Assembly: GCA_051942245.1 (NCBI GenBank)
Contig: JAVECL010000171.1
Location: 1 to 40,152 of the forward strand
Source: Trypethelium eluteriae
Taxonomy: Eukaryota
DNA length: 40,152 bases
Direction: 5' to 3'
The position numbers and the translations under genes were made by a program. Of the stretch, positions 23,533 through 34,659 are shown one piece after another. The notes below the pieces were generated by a model. It was not told the origin of the DNA. It saw nothing but the letters and a program-made list of their open reading frames with translations, and did not search any database. How positions within the stretch are numbered: position 1 is the first letter of the stretch; the number at the start of each line of letters is the position of its first letter.

Positions 23533-25124
23533 ATGCCTATTGAATATCTCACCAGAGGTGATGAAGATGAATTCCATCCAGATAAGTGGAAGTCGGATAG
23601 CCCTACGGGGCGTCTGATGCGCTGTGCAGAGACCCACCTTGACGTACTGATCGTTGGCGCCGGTCCTTCTGGGCTAATGACAGCATTGGAGTGTTGGAGA
23701 AGAGGACACAATGTGGTGGGAATTCTGGAAAGAAGCTCCGGGCCAGTCTATGCTGGTTCGTTTGCTCTGCTCACTGAACCCGCCATGGTCAACGACTAAT
23801 GTGAAAACGAGTAGGAGACATCATCATTGTTGGACCTTCCGCCATAGGCACCTTCCGCCACTGGCCAGATATGTGCAAAGAACTCGAAGCCGATAGGGTC
23901 GATAGCACCATGTACTACCGCAGGCACAACGGCGAGCTGATACTTGGCCCAACATCGCTTGGGTTTAATGATCCAGAATTTCTAGCCGAACGTGAAGGAC
24001 ATCCAGTCGCGGCGCCTCATCAGATCCGCAAGTCCTTCTACCGGATGTTGCTACGTCAGGTGGCCAGAGTAGGCCTGAAGGTTGAATATGGGCATCGAAT
24101 TGAACGCTATTTTGAGGATGAAGCGGCCGGCCTGGCCGGTGTCGTAGCGCAAGACGGCACGAGTCGCGTAGCGCACTGCGTCGTCGCCGCAGATGCTAAT
24201 AGAACCCGCTCCGACCTCCTGATTTCTGGTCAACCCGAGCCTGCTCGCTCCGCTGGCATGTCTGTTTACCGTACATCGCTACCAACTGAGTTGGCTATGC
24301 GCGACGAAGCTTTCAAGAAACGTTGGGGCAACATCAAGGAAGCATCCCATGAGTTTTGGCTCGGCCCTGGCATGCACCTAGGTCTCATGGTTTCGCCAGA
24401 ATTCATCGCTTGGGGACTTACACCACGGGACCACTTGGTGCAGAAAGATGGCGTTGAGCCCGTCGAGTCGTGGGAACCGGATGTTGACCCTAAAGAAGTC
24501 CTAGAGGTGCTTCGTCGGGTGCCCAATTGGGATCCAGCCATCGAAGGCCTTATCCGTGCAACGCCGAAGGGTGCGGTGGTTCACTGGCCTCTTCTATGGC
24601 GCAATCCTCGCAAGAACTGGACATCCAAAGGCGCACGGGTCGTACAAGTTGGAGACGCAGCTCATAGTACTATACCTGCATCCGCTAGTGGCGCCACACT
24701 CGCCATTGAAGACGCGGTAACGCTAGCGGCATGTTTACAGCTTTCTTGTTCTGGTGGCGGGGGTGAAGGTGCGCCTCTTGGAACTCGCATCTATAATCTC
24801 CTTAGGTTTGAGCGGGTTAGCTGCTCCCAAAAGATGTCGTTCGTCAACGCAGAGATCTTAGGAGCCGCGAACATGGACGAGATAGAGAAGAATCCTGAGA
24901 AAGTTCGCGTACGGTTTCCAAAATGGTTGTTCCAGCACGATCCGGAGGCTTATGTGTATGAGAAGTACGGCCAAGCCTTTGCGCATCTAATCTTCAACGC
25001 CAAATTCCAAAATACCAACATACCACCGGGGCACAATTTCAAGCCTTGGACAATTGAGCAGATCTTTGAGGATGCCAAAAAAGGAAAGAGGGTCGTTGAT
25101 TTCTTGGACGGAGATTGGTCGTAG
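23533..25124 (+). CDS. mdpD: FAD-dependent monooxygenase, MdpD/NsrK type; exons 23533-23755 and 23815-25124, ~510 aa
   Basis: VLIVGAGPSGL, VAADA (DG-motif variant), VGDAAH and GATLAIEDA motifs, plus YNLLRFERVSCSQKMSFVN typical of MdpD-like enzymes. Confidence 0.88.
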
Positions 25125-25355
25125 GCGAATGAGCGTTTTCATTTGTGCTGACAGGCTTCTTTCCAATGTCCATGTAAGTAGCGTTCGCTCAGTCTGATAG
25201 ACGTAGACCGCTCAGGTACCTCGAACAATTTGGCGCGTTACCCGGGATGTGAGCATGATGCTCGGGATTTGAATATACCCGATGGTCCATTTCGAGGATC
25301 AATGGGGGCGTGTTCACACGTGAATGACCGTTTATCAACCCCCGAACGAAGCCAT

Positions 25356-25366
25356 CGGAGTACGGA
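25356..25366 (+). promoter_or_regulatory. CGGRNNWCGGA candidate site (anthrone oxygenase promoter)
   Basis: CGGAGTACGGA. Confidence 0.55.
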
Positions 25367-25505
25367 CGACTGGTTTCTCGGGAATGCCTGCTCCGAAAAC
25401 TTTACCTCGAGTCTTCATATAGTCAGGTACACGATATTCAAACGTGATCTTGACTTCCTAACGTCAACCTCAGGACAGACAATCGAACATAGAGGAACCA
25501 AGAAC

Positions 25506-26090
25506 ATGACGAAGAACCGATCAATCCCACTAAGCTTACCGGCTCTAGCCGTTATTACAGGTTCATTTCTCTCAGGTACATCCATCACGAAGTTCCACTT
25601 GCAATATTTCCTCCTCTTACACATCTTAACAGGCGCCATGCTATCTATCTCCCTGATAACTGTCCCTTTCTTACTTGATACCAATACACAGCCCGCCCAC
25701 ATGGTGAGACAGTGGACTCGTCTTTACCACTATGGCCACATACTTCTTCCTTCGCTATCCATTATCACATGCCTCCTGTACATCTATACGGCAATCGGCA
25801 AGCGAGGGTCCTCCAAAGTTCCGCCCAGATATTGGACCAGTCACTTGACAGCTGGCGCAGTGACAGTACTCATGGTCCCGTTTACTTTGATCTTTATGGC
25901 ACCGACAAACAACGCATTGTTCCAAATAGATGAAGAAACGAAATCCCCGGGTGGAGAGATGGCCGCAAGCTTGGACAACGTGCAAGCGCTTGTCAGACTT
26001 TGGACGAAGATGCACGCTATTCGGTCATTATTTCCTCTCTACGGAGCAGTTGTGGGGATGAAGGGACTTTCAAATGAGCGGTACGCATGA
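25506..26090 (+). CDS. Anthrone oxygenase, DUF1772 family (GedH/NsrD/HypC-like); exons 25506-25575 and 25633-26090
   Basis: [34 protein letters not shown] and [13 protein letters not shown] motifs with hydrophobic helices. 57-nt in-frame intron. Confidence 0.88.
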   Translation: MTKNRSIPLSLPALAVITGSFLSGTSITKFHLQYFLLLHILTGAMLSISLITVPFLLDTNTQPAHMVRQWTRLYHYGHILLPSLSIITCLLYIYTAIGKRGSSKVPPRYWTSHLTAGAVTVLMVPFTLIFMAPTNNALFQIDEETKSPGGEMAASLDNVQALVRLWTKMHAIRSLFPLYGAVVGMKGLSNERYA

Positions 26091-27092
26091 CTCAACCAGT
26101 GATAATGCGTGGTTGCGGTCAAGTGCCAAAGGGTCGCTCACTCCATTTTTTGTGTTTTTAGAATCAGATAATACTGGTAAAGATGAACAGAGACGCCGCC
26201 ACGATTCAGTCGGAGAGTTTGAATGCTTAAAAACCATTGCTTATAGAAACGAGAGTGGTAGAGACAACTGAAGCTTCCTTTGTGACAAGAAATATGGCCA
26301 ATCCCGAGCTATTTCAGAAAATAAGAGTGTAGATATTCTAGGGACCCCATAAATTTATTTTATGTCCACTCTCGCCGCCGCGGTAGCATGAAGGCGCTAG
26401 CCGAGCATGTATTCTCAAGACACATCTTGAAGACGACCCTCTGATTCCAATAACTGTTGAAGACATCGATGGGACGGGTTTGCGGGCGCTTGTTCTAAAG
26501 CAAACTCAGATACTGCATTTGGATGAGTCTTTTTGAGACGCGAGAGGCATCTGACGGCTTAACATTGTGGTCGGTTGTATTCGTATGTCGACTTTCAGTT
26601 AGCAAACTATAACAACGCTATGTGCTGGGGAACCCGGTGTCCGTTTCGGTTCAGTTTGCCCCTGCTCTAGCCCACCCGAACCGCCAAAACTGGGACGGGA
26701 GCAGTTAGCTTTTAACAATTCTTAGTTAATGCCATTACTAAATCCGAAACGGGTATCATATTCCTTTTAAGAGCCCAGGTATATTAATATCATAAAGTCT
26801 CTATTTATATTTCAGTCTTTTAATCATTTGAAAATTGTGTATTATAATGGCTCAATAATCAACAAAAAGGGCAATATTTTGGCATAACACAGAAACGATA
26901 ATGAGCCTCTGCTGCATCAAAGACAAAGAACCGTCCATCAAGAGTCACAATCAGATGACAGCAATATTTAAAGCCGCGAAAATGCGATTGGTTTCGAATT
27001 GTAACAACACATTGTATACACCCACTTTCCAATCTCCACAAGCTTTTTCATACATTTTTCTTTCAAGCCGATCAAAGACCAAAATCGAAGAC

Positions 27093-28022
27093 ATGATGAA
27101 TAATCTTTTTACTCCGATCATCAAGCGCTCTAGCGCGCCGACCACTCCAGAAACTACCCTGGCGCCAATCTCCCGTGGTAATGTCAGTGCAGGAGAGCTT
27201 ATCCAATGCTACAACCTCGCTCTTGAGCAGTGGAGAGATACCGAATGTGCTAAAGGCATCTTGGAGATATTGAACAAGAAGAATATCACCGTCAAAAAGG
27301 CAGTATGTCTGGCGATCGGCACGCCCAGTGGAGATGGTTTTGTCTATGGAATGTCTGCATCAAATTGGAGATGGAGGGCATTCTTACAGCTTATCGCATT
27401 CGCAGAGATGGTCCGATATCTGGGCATTCCCGACGACGAAGTTTACATACAGGAACCAGCGCTCACTGACGCTGATCGGGCCCTCATCCACGAAATCGGC
27501 CACGGCGCCTGGAAGATCATTGATATTGAGATTCCCGAATTTCGTCGTGATCTCGACCCTTTTGAGCTTTTTGCCTACTCTCATGAAAACGATTTCGCCT
27601 TCTATGATGATTCCAATACTCGTCATGAAAACGATGCTTTTCACAAAATCGATGAAGAGACTATGGTCTTTATGATTGGCGCACTGGACGATATCATGGT
27701 CTGGAACGAATACGAGATTGTCAAATCTCCGCTCGTAATTCATCGTTTAGAAACACCGATCGGTGCCAAGCATTATCCCGACGAAGACGGTCTCGCAAAT
27801 CTGGAATATGCGCCGGCATGCAGACAAGTGAGCGAGCAGTACCGCCTGGCCCACTACGCGTTCGCAAAAGACCGGCTTCGTACACCAATTCCAGGCTGCG
27901 ATTTCCCGTTTCCCCCAGACAGCGATGTGAAAGTTGCGCCCTTTGTCAGACAAGGCATTTATACCCTAAAGCCAGGAACGGACAGGAAAGTAAAAGAGAT
28001 TAGAGGAGCTATACTAGAATGA
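27093..28022 (+). CDS. SRR1-like domain protein, ~309 aa (ORF is open from 26901)
   Basis: KAVCLAIGT...AFLQLIAF...VYIQEPALTDAD...IDEETMVF pattern resembles the fungal SRR1 domain. Confidence 0.6.
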   Translation: MMNNLFTPIIKRSSAPTTPETTLAPISRGNVSAGELIQCYNLALEQWRDTECAKGILEILNKKNITVKKAVCLAIGTPSGDGFVYGMSASNWRWRAFLQLIAFAEMVRYLGIPDDEVYIQEPALTDADRALIHEIGHGAWKIIDIEIPEFRRDLDPFELFAYSHENDFAFYDDSNTRHENDAFHKIDEETMVFMIGALDDIMVWNEYEIVKSPLVIHRLETPIGAKHYPDEDGLANLEYAPACRQVSEQYRLAHYAFAKDRLRTPIPGCDFPFPPDSDVKVAPFVRQGIYTLKPGTDRKVKEIRGAILE

Positions 28023-28639
28023 GGTAGGCGCAAGCGCCGTACAGTTTTTGTGGTGCTTTTCTTAAGCAGGTGGTGGCAGTTCTCGCGACAGGAACGTACA
28101 AAACTTGACATACTACAGTAGACAAGTAATGTCGAATCTGAGAACTTTCCTTTTGTCCTTTTCTATTAGGTGATGTTTCTAGGTCCCATCGGCTCGCGAT
28201 TTGGTGGTACAGATCCCTGCTCGAATTGATATAGACCACCTCAGAGGCTTCATCTCCTTAATTTCCGAAGTCATTAAATAGTTAGCTGTAGCTATGTAGA
28301 ACAACAGAGTTTTTCGCCCTGATGTAGCTGCCGCCGCAGTTCGATACCTCCTGTCTGCGCGTTCGCGTTGAAAGCCCTTGTTTCTCTCCACACAACAGTA
28401 CCACACTACACCACAACAGCTTTAAGGTAATCTATGGTCTGGTGAATCGGCGACCGAAGATACTCTTTTAAGAAAATGATTTCTGTTTGGGTTCACTTTT
28501 GTCCTTACAGGGTAAGAGTACATATTGATTATCTTATCTGATTTTTCCAAATCGCACCAGCTTTCTTTATCTGGCGATTATGTAGCCAAAATAGGTAGAT
28601 TTAAATGCTTTTAGAGCTCAACTCTACTTTTATCGCTGC

Positions 28640-28955
28640 TTTTTCTTACTATTGTTGCCTTAGTTAGATTTTCCCCCTCCAAGCACCTTGACAATCCGCT
28701 CTTGCAAGTATCAACCTCGACCACCTTTCATACCTTATACACGAGTCTCGTGTATGAGGTAGCCAGGCTCGTGACACAATAAATGCCCTTAAGGGTGAGT
28801 ACCTCAGGTGCAGGCCCACGACCCGCGTCCCGACAGGACACCTCCAGTAAGGAAGGAAAAGTCGGACGACCGGATAAGTACTTTAGTGAGCGAAGGAAGC
28901 TTAAAGACAGTCTTTACCAGCTTGAGCTTTACTTTATGTTCGAGAAGATCTGCCT
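28640..28955 (+). mobile_element. Ty3/gypsy remnant: probable LTR 3' end (GTGACA at ~28776) plus a Gag N-terminal fragment
   Basis: ORF at 28783 encodes KVGRPDKYFSERRKLKDSLYQLELYF, resembling the fungal gypsy Gag PDxFxGxRxKL..L.Q..LYF motif, and then breaks off. Confidence 0.55.
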
Positions 28956-29324
28956 GACATGGATTGCGGCATTACACTCTGATAAGGGATGGTTTTATGG
29001 ATCCTTATCCTGAGGCCTCCATATCTATCGGGTGGCCGTAATAGACATGCCGTATAGATACGGATCTCGCTGCTTTTATCACTACGCTGGCACCACCTTG
29101 TCAGCACTTTGCCACTCGTATCAGGTATGCTGACTAGTGTGTCTAGACATTCCTTGCGGGGCACTTCCATGCTTATTTCTGATACATGCACCTCTTGGCT
29201 CTATTGCCTAAGTCTATCTTGTTGTTTTGGCAGAAGCTGAATAAAGTGAATTGTGAGAGGCTAGGTCTCTGAGAGATAGAGAAGGTCTAGGTAACTGCAT
29301 GAACTAGTAAAAACCGGGTAATTA

Positions 29325-31622
29325 CTATCCACGGACCCACGTTCCACCTAAGCCTTCCACAAGTTCCTCAGAAGCGACTTCCTTCAGCATATCTTGTTGC
29401 TTGAGTAACTGCACTATCGACTTGTTTCCCTGATCTGCTGCCCTCTTAAGTGCCGCTCGGAGTGTGCCTTTATCGATGTATGCCCCTCGACCTAGCAGAA
29501 GCTGTACAAGCTCTGGCTTGGCGGCCTTCACTGCCTCTTGAAGTGCTCCTTTCTTGACCTTTGCCCCTTGATCCAGCAAGAGCTGTATAAGTTCGAGCTT
29601 GCCCTTCTTTACTGCTTTTTGAAGAGCGGTATGGCACCTGTAATCGTCCTCAGCGTTGACATCCGCTCCTCGATCCAATAAAAACTGCACAAATTTAAGA
29701 TTGCCCATATTCACTGCCTCTTGAAGCGTAGTACTGTAGAAGCCATCACACTTAGCATTGATATCTGCCCCTCGATCCAGCAGAAACTGCACAAGCTCAA
29801 ATTTACCTATCCTTACTGCTTCTTGAAGAGCGAAACCTCCTCTAGAGCCGCCACTAGCATTGATGTCTGCCCCTCGATCCAGTAGGAGCTGTACAAGTTC
29901 AAGATTGCCCGTGCTTGCTGCTTTTTGCAGTGCTCTACCGTCAATACCTGCCCCTCGACTCAGAAGAATCTGTACGAGTTCAAGGTTGCCCGCCCTTGCT
30001 GCTGCTTCAAGAGTACAGCGCAAATAATAGCTCCCAACGTTGACATCCGCTCCTCGATCCAGTAGGAGCTGTAAAAGTTCAAGATTGCCCATGCTTGCTG
30101 CTTCTCCCAGTGCTGTACCGTCAATATCTGCCCCTCGATCCAGTAGGAGCTGTACAAGTTTAAAATTGCCCGCCCTTGCTGCTGCTCGAAGTGTTGTACC
30201 GTCAATATCTGCCCCTCGATCCAGTAGGAGCTGTAAAAGTTCAAGGTTGCCTGTGTTTGCTGCTGCTTGAAGTGCTGTACCGTCAATATCTGCCCCTCGA
30301 TCCAGTAGGAGCTGTACAAGTTCAAGATTGCCCGTGCTTGCTGCTGCCTAAGGTATTGTACCGTCAATATTTGCCCCTCGATCCAGCAGAAACCGTACAA
30401 TTTTAAGATTGCCTGTGCTTGCTGCTTCTTGAAGCATAATACTGTACCGGAAATTGTCCTTAGTATTGACGTCTGCCCCTCGCTCTAAAAGGAGTTGCAA
30501 AAGCTCGAGGTTGTGCATTTTCACTGTCTTCTGTAGGGCTCGTTCTTTTGTGAGAGTACGTTCTCTGCTATACAATCCCAAGAAGTCCAAAATCCCTCCT
30601 TTTGTCGATAGCCCACAATCATCCTCTAAAACTTCATGGAGATGATGTTTTCGGAACACTTCGAACATCGCCCTGTCTAACCGTTGGAAAATGAGGTTTT
30701 CCGTTGCTGCATCGAGTGAAATCTCTTTGACCCTTCCTGCGGTTGCTACAAGCAATAGGTCTGTAATCTCAGCACCACCTTGAATGCCTAATTGCAAAGC
30801 CTTGCGAAGGTCGAAGTCGTCAGCACACATCTCTGCTCGGTGTTTTATTAATAACTCCACAATACTTAGATGTCCAGCCGCCATAGCAACATGCAGACAA
30901 CTCAGTCCTTTACAGTTCAAAATCTTGATATCCGCACCCGTCCTTAACAATGTATGCACACATTCTACATGACCTTGGGATGCAGCAAGATGTATTGGCG
31001 TATTTCCCTTGATGTCTGCAGCAGTAATATCAGCTCCTGTTTGGATCAGTTTGTGAACGTTCTCCACCAGCCCTTCAAGCGCAGCGAGGTGAAGTGCAGT
31101 CTGCCCGTCATCATTCCGCATTGACAAGTCAAAACAGCCGCCCAGTATCTGGTCAAGCCTCGGGTCATTCCTATTACGCGCAGCATCCAACAAAGCATGC
31201 CCTTTTTGCCGTATAGTATATTCGAGTTTTGACCTTGCGAAAGCTTCATTGCGATCCTCGTCTCGTCTGGACTTATGACGCCCGTCTATATGCCGGAGCA
31301 AGTTGTCCTTTCTATTTGTGCCATCGAAGGTACAGGTAGGATATGGACAACGGTATTTTGTAGGCTGAACTGTGTGCGTTCGTGTATGACGCCGCAGGTC
31401 GCCTCTTAGAGCGAAGCTCTTGCCGCATTGTGCAAAGCCGCAAGTGTGAGGTTTTGAATGCGTGTTGATATGGCGACTTTCAGATGTTTAGCCTTTAGAT
31501 ATCATGCAAAGGACACCAAATACAGACTTTAGCTCTCGTCGCGCCTTGAACTTTCTGCTGCATTCTCTGCATGTGAGACTTGTGCTTTCCACTGATTGGC
31601 TAATTAGCGCTTGATTCTGCAT
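29325..31622 (-). pseudogene. C2H2 zinc finger (x3) plus ankyrin-repeat protein, ~748 codons, with one in-frame TAG at 30348-30350; exons 31622-31528 and 31476-29325
   Basis: CRECSRKF..LNRHINTH, CGFAQCGKSF..DLRRHTRTH and CPYPTC..NLLRHIDGRH fingers, then GQTALHLAA/GNTPIHLAA ankyrins and ~13 similar ankyrin repeats. ORFs 30348-31301 and 29325-30092 are in the same frame. Confidence 0.8.
29400..30545 (-). repeat. Intragenic tandem ankyrin array with high internal conservation, including exact 81-bp spacing
   Basis: CCGTCAATAT recurs at 30118, 30199, 30280 and 30361. GCCCCTCGATCCAG-like cores recur throughout. Confidence 0.9.
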
Positions 31623-31981
31623 GACTTTGGAATCTTTCTAAAATTCAGAAGCGATAATGTCAGGGACATTCAGTAGGTCCGGAACAGCTTAGACAAGGAT
31701 TCTAAGTTTGATCAAGCAGGACAAGATTTTAAAAAGAGGGGTTCAACAGAGCTTGAAAATTACTAAGCAAGGTACCTGAAAGGGCGGGCTAATTCCAACT
31801 GTCTAATTATAATCTCTCCTGTCCTAAGATGTAGGACTATCTACCTCCCAGGTTCCAATTCTTTACTCTCTCTGGACTCAACCTTTCCATTACCGCCGTA
31901 ATTTATTTTTAAAAGACAGTTACACTTTACAAGATCCACCGAATTGCAGCTCATCGAACGGCTCCGCCAATTCCGCATACG

Positions 31982-33029
31982 ATGTCACTCTCTGCGTATT
32001 CAGTTGATGAAAACCGAGCCACTTTGGAGAGCATGGCAGCCGATCACGACCACATGCACTTTTCGTATGAACCTGTTTTTTTTTTTTTTAACCATTGACG
32101 CAGGTATGCCTCCGACAAGATATCAAACGCTACAGCCGAACACACGCTAGCTGAAAGGTACGCCTCCACCCTTTCCGCCCTCTTTGACGTAGCCTCAACG
32201 TCATCATAGGGCGGCCTTGGACCGTGCACGGGGCGGGTCAAGCTTGTCTTGCCCTGAGTGCTCAATGACTTTCAGTCGCGCTGATGTCCGTGATCGACAC
32301 GTGCAAAGTACGCATAAACACGGCAAGAAATTTTGGTGCCCAATCATTGGATGCCCACGTAATGAGCACTTCCAGACAGATTTCAGCAACTCCCACTCTA
32401 CCTCTGAGAGAGGAAAAGGTCCCTTTTTCCGCATGGATAAACTTAATGATCATCTTAAAAAGGTACACAAGTCTGCGTCTAACGACATCCATTCTGTGAA
32501 TCGCTTGAACAGCCGGTATACAACAACGCGTGTGGATGACAGAGGCCTGACAAGCGCAATTACTATGGAGGACAACATGAAACCTGTGGACATGGCAGAC
32601 AGCATGGGTGTGGCATGCAATACAGGCCTGGCGGGCCTGGCGGACAACATCGACCTGGCTGGCATCGCAGGCACAACAGACACTATGGGCCTGCCAGGCA
32701 CCGTTGGCGCAGTGGATAATATGAGCCTGGCTGACATCGCGGGGACGACGGACGATATGGATCCAGCGGGTAACATGAACTTTATTGACATGGCGGGCAA
32801 CATGAGTTATTCTAACATGGTGGGCACCATGGACATAGCGGAAAATGTTGGGTTTACTGATATGGTGGACATCTTGGGTATGGCAGGCAACACGAGTATG
32901 GCAGACGACATGAGTTATATAACGGGCGACACGAATTACATCGACGTGGCAGACACTGGGGCTATAGCGGACAATGTGGGTTTTGAGGACATGGACATTA
33001 CAGGCGCGACGCATGACAATGAGTTTTAG
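31982..33029 (+). CDS. C2H2 zinc-finger protein with a Met/Asp/Gly-rich repetitive C-terminus; tentative exons 31982-32064, 32104-32157, 32210-33029
   Basis: CPECSMTFSRADVRDRHVQSTH and CPIIGC...RMDKLNDHLKKVH. The 5' exons are phase-consistent but the first intron is only 39 nt, so that end is uncertain. Confidence 0.7.
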
Positions 33030-34055
33030 ACAACACCACATGCCTCTCTAGTTCTGTGTTCTCGAGTGATAGAGGCGATAGGTGTTTTAACAAGTGCTTC
33101 ATACCTCTATCACTGATAGCTGATATGTAGAAAATCAGATATTGTGACTCATAAATACATGTTCTTCAATTCTCTACTCTTAATATGAGCGATTGGGAAA
33201 TGAATAATAATACTTCAGTTGGTGATGTTGTTATAGCGCCTGAATCAAATGAGGAGGAAAGGAGCTCAATCGTCTCTCCAGAGCCCAGATATCAGACGTA
33301 ACAGCCTCTATATAGCCTGGACAAGTTATTTGTGGTAGTAAGCCCCTGGAGCTAGCAAACCCCTATAGATAACAAGTCCCTGAAAAATTGAATTGAATTT
33401 CCTGGGGGAACCAAGTCTGTAAGGGAGGTAAGTCCCCAAAGGAATTGAAACCTGACCTTGTTCACTGAGCTAGAGACTTAGAGTGGTTACCACCACCTAG
33501 CTGGGCTGGCAACCAACTGTGGCATTACATGATTCTAAACCTCCAACAATGCCAAACGCTCTAATAAAGACCAGAGGAATGTTAAAAGGCGGAGTAGTAA
33601 GGAAAGGAGTAATCATAGTAATAGGAGTAATGATAATGACTTATGGAGAGAGCGACTGATTGGGGCGTAATGAGCAGGTAGCCAACTCACAGGGACGCCA
33701 ACTTACCGGGGTAAGATCTAGTGTGACCACAAGAACCTAATCTTCTAGAATCGTGGTGCGTTGTAATAAAATTCATGCCGGGCAATTCTCTAAGCTTGCA
33801 AATTTGCACATTCTCATCCTTAAGGTATCTATCCCAGTCACGTGAAGCATCGAGAAGGTCTCGCTGGACATAAAATCGCAGCTTTCGGCGGCGAACTTCT
33901 ACAAAGTCTAAGGAGAAGGGATAAATAAAAGAACTTTACATCTTATGAGCGCGCAAAACATTGTAGAGTAAGTAGCGTAGACGATCTAAATATCTCGCCA
34001 AGAGTTGTAGGTCCGCCCACTCGAGCGATTAGAGGGTTTTAGGTTGGGTTTAAGT

Positions 34056-34242
34056 CAATGTTGTAAGAAATAGTAATAACTAAGTAGTTATTACTATAAT
34101 TTACTATTTATTATTACTTTTACTATTACTACCAAATTATAAAATTTTTCAACGACTATTTACTATTACTATTATAAAATTTGTGTTACTATTTTACTAT
34201 CAGTTAGTAAAATAGTAATTACTTAGTAAATTTACATCACCG
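34056..34242. mobile_element. hAT-like MITE, ~187 bp, AT-rich
   Basis: Imperfect TIRs (CAATGTTGTAA versus reverse complement CGGTGATGTAA), internal TTACTA/TAGTAA repeats, and flanking 8-mers GTTTAAGT/TTTTAGGT (6 of 8 match). Confidence 0.55.
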
Positions 34243-34659
34243 TTTTAGGTTCGGTATTGGATTAGGTAAACCCACTGGGGAACTGGGTGTACCAGTGAAT
34301 ATGCAGTGGGGCACTGGGGGCAAAAATTTGCAGTAATATTGTAGTGGTATCGAATCTCTTCGGAATCCAAGCATTCGACGAGGTAGTTCCTTCCTAGGAG
34401 TTGACTTTCTCTGTTAAAGACGTACGGAAAAGGGGCGTCGTGAAGGATCTATGATGTTGAGGAACATTTTCCAGTGTCGGAGCAACGTAGCATTTCCGGC
34501 AAGGTCACCTCTCTTCTTCGGCACGACCGAGCCTGACGTCATATTGCAGGCCTGCTACTACCAACAACCGCCTACGTAAACGATGAGCGTCGTGGTATTA
34601 ATACACAGCACTCGCAAATACTGATTTGATAAATCAATTGCCCGTCTCTACCTCGCGCA

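Noticed and set aside
25230..25505. Upstream extension of the anthrone oxygenase ORF
   Set aside because: Non-ATG start running through promoter DNA that holds the shared motif. Family similarity begins after ATG 25506.
29960..30400. Repetitive ORF (YSSYWIEGQILTVQH) and a CRISPR-like appearance of the regular repeats
   Set aside because: It is an alternative frame of the 81-bp ankyrin coding repeats. There are no unique spacers or cas genes, and the DNA is eukaryotic.
32262..33041. 259-aa His/Val-rich minus-strand ORF
   Set aside because: Antisense shadow of the Met/Asp-rich C2H2 gene (ATG reads as CAT, GAC as GTC).
33065..33114. 11-bp perfect inverted repeat downstream of the C2H2 gene
   Set aside because: Short and isolated; intrinsic terminators do not apply to fungal Pol II genes.
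34030..34270. Telomere-like TTAGG/GGGTT words around the MITE
   Set aside because: No tandem TTAGGG array, only scattered partial words.
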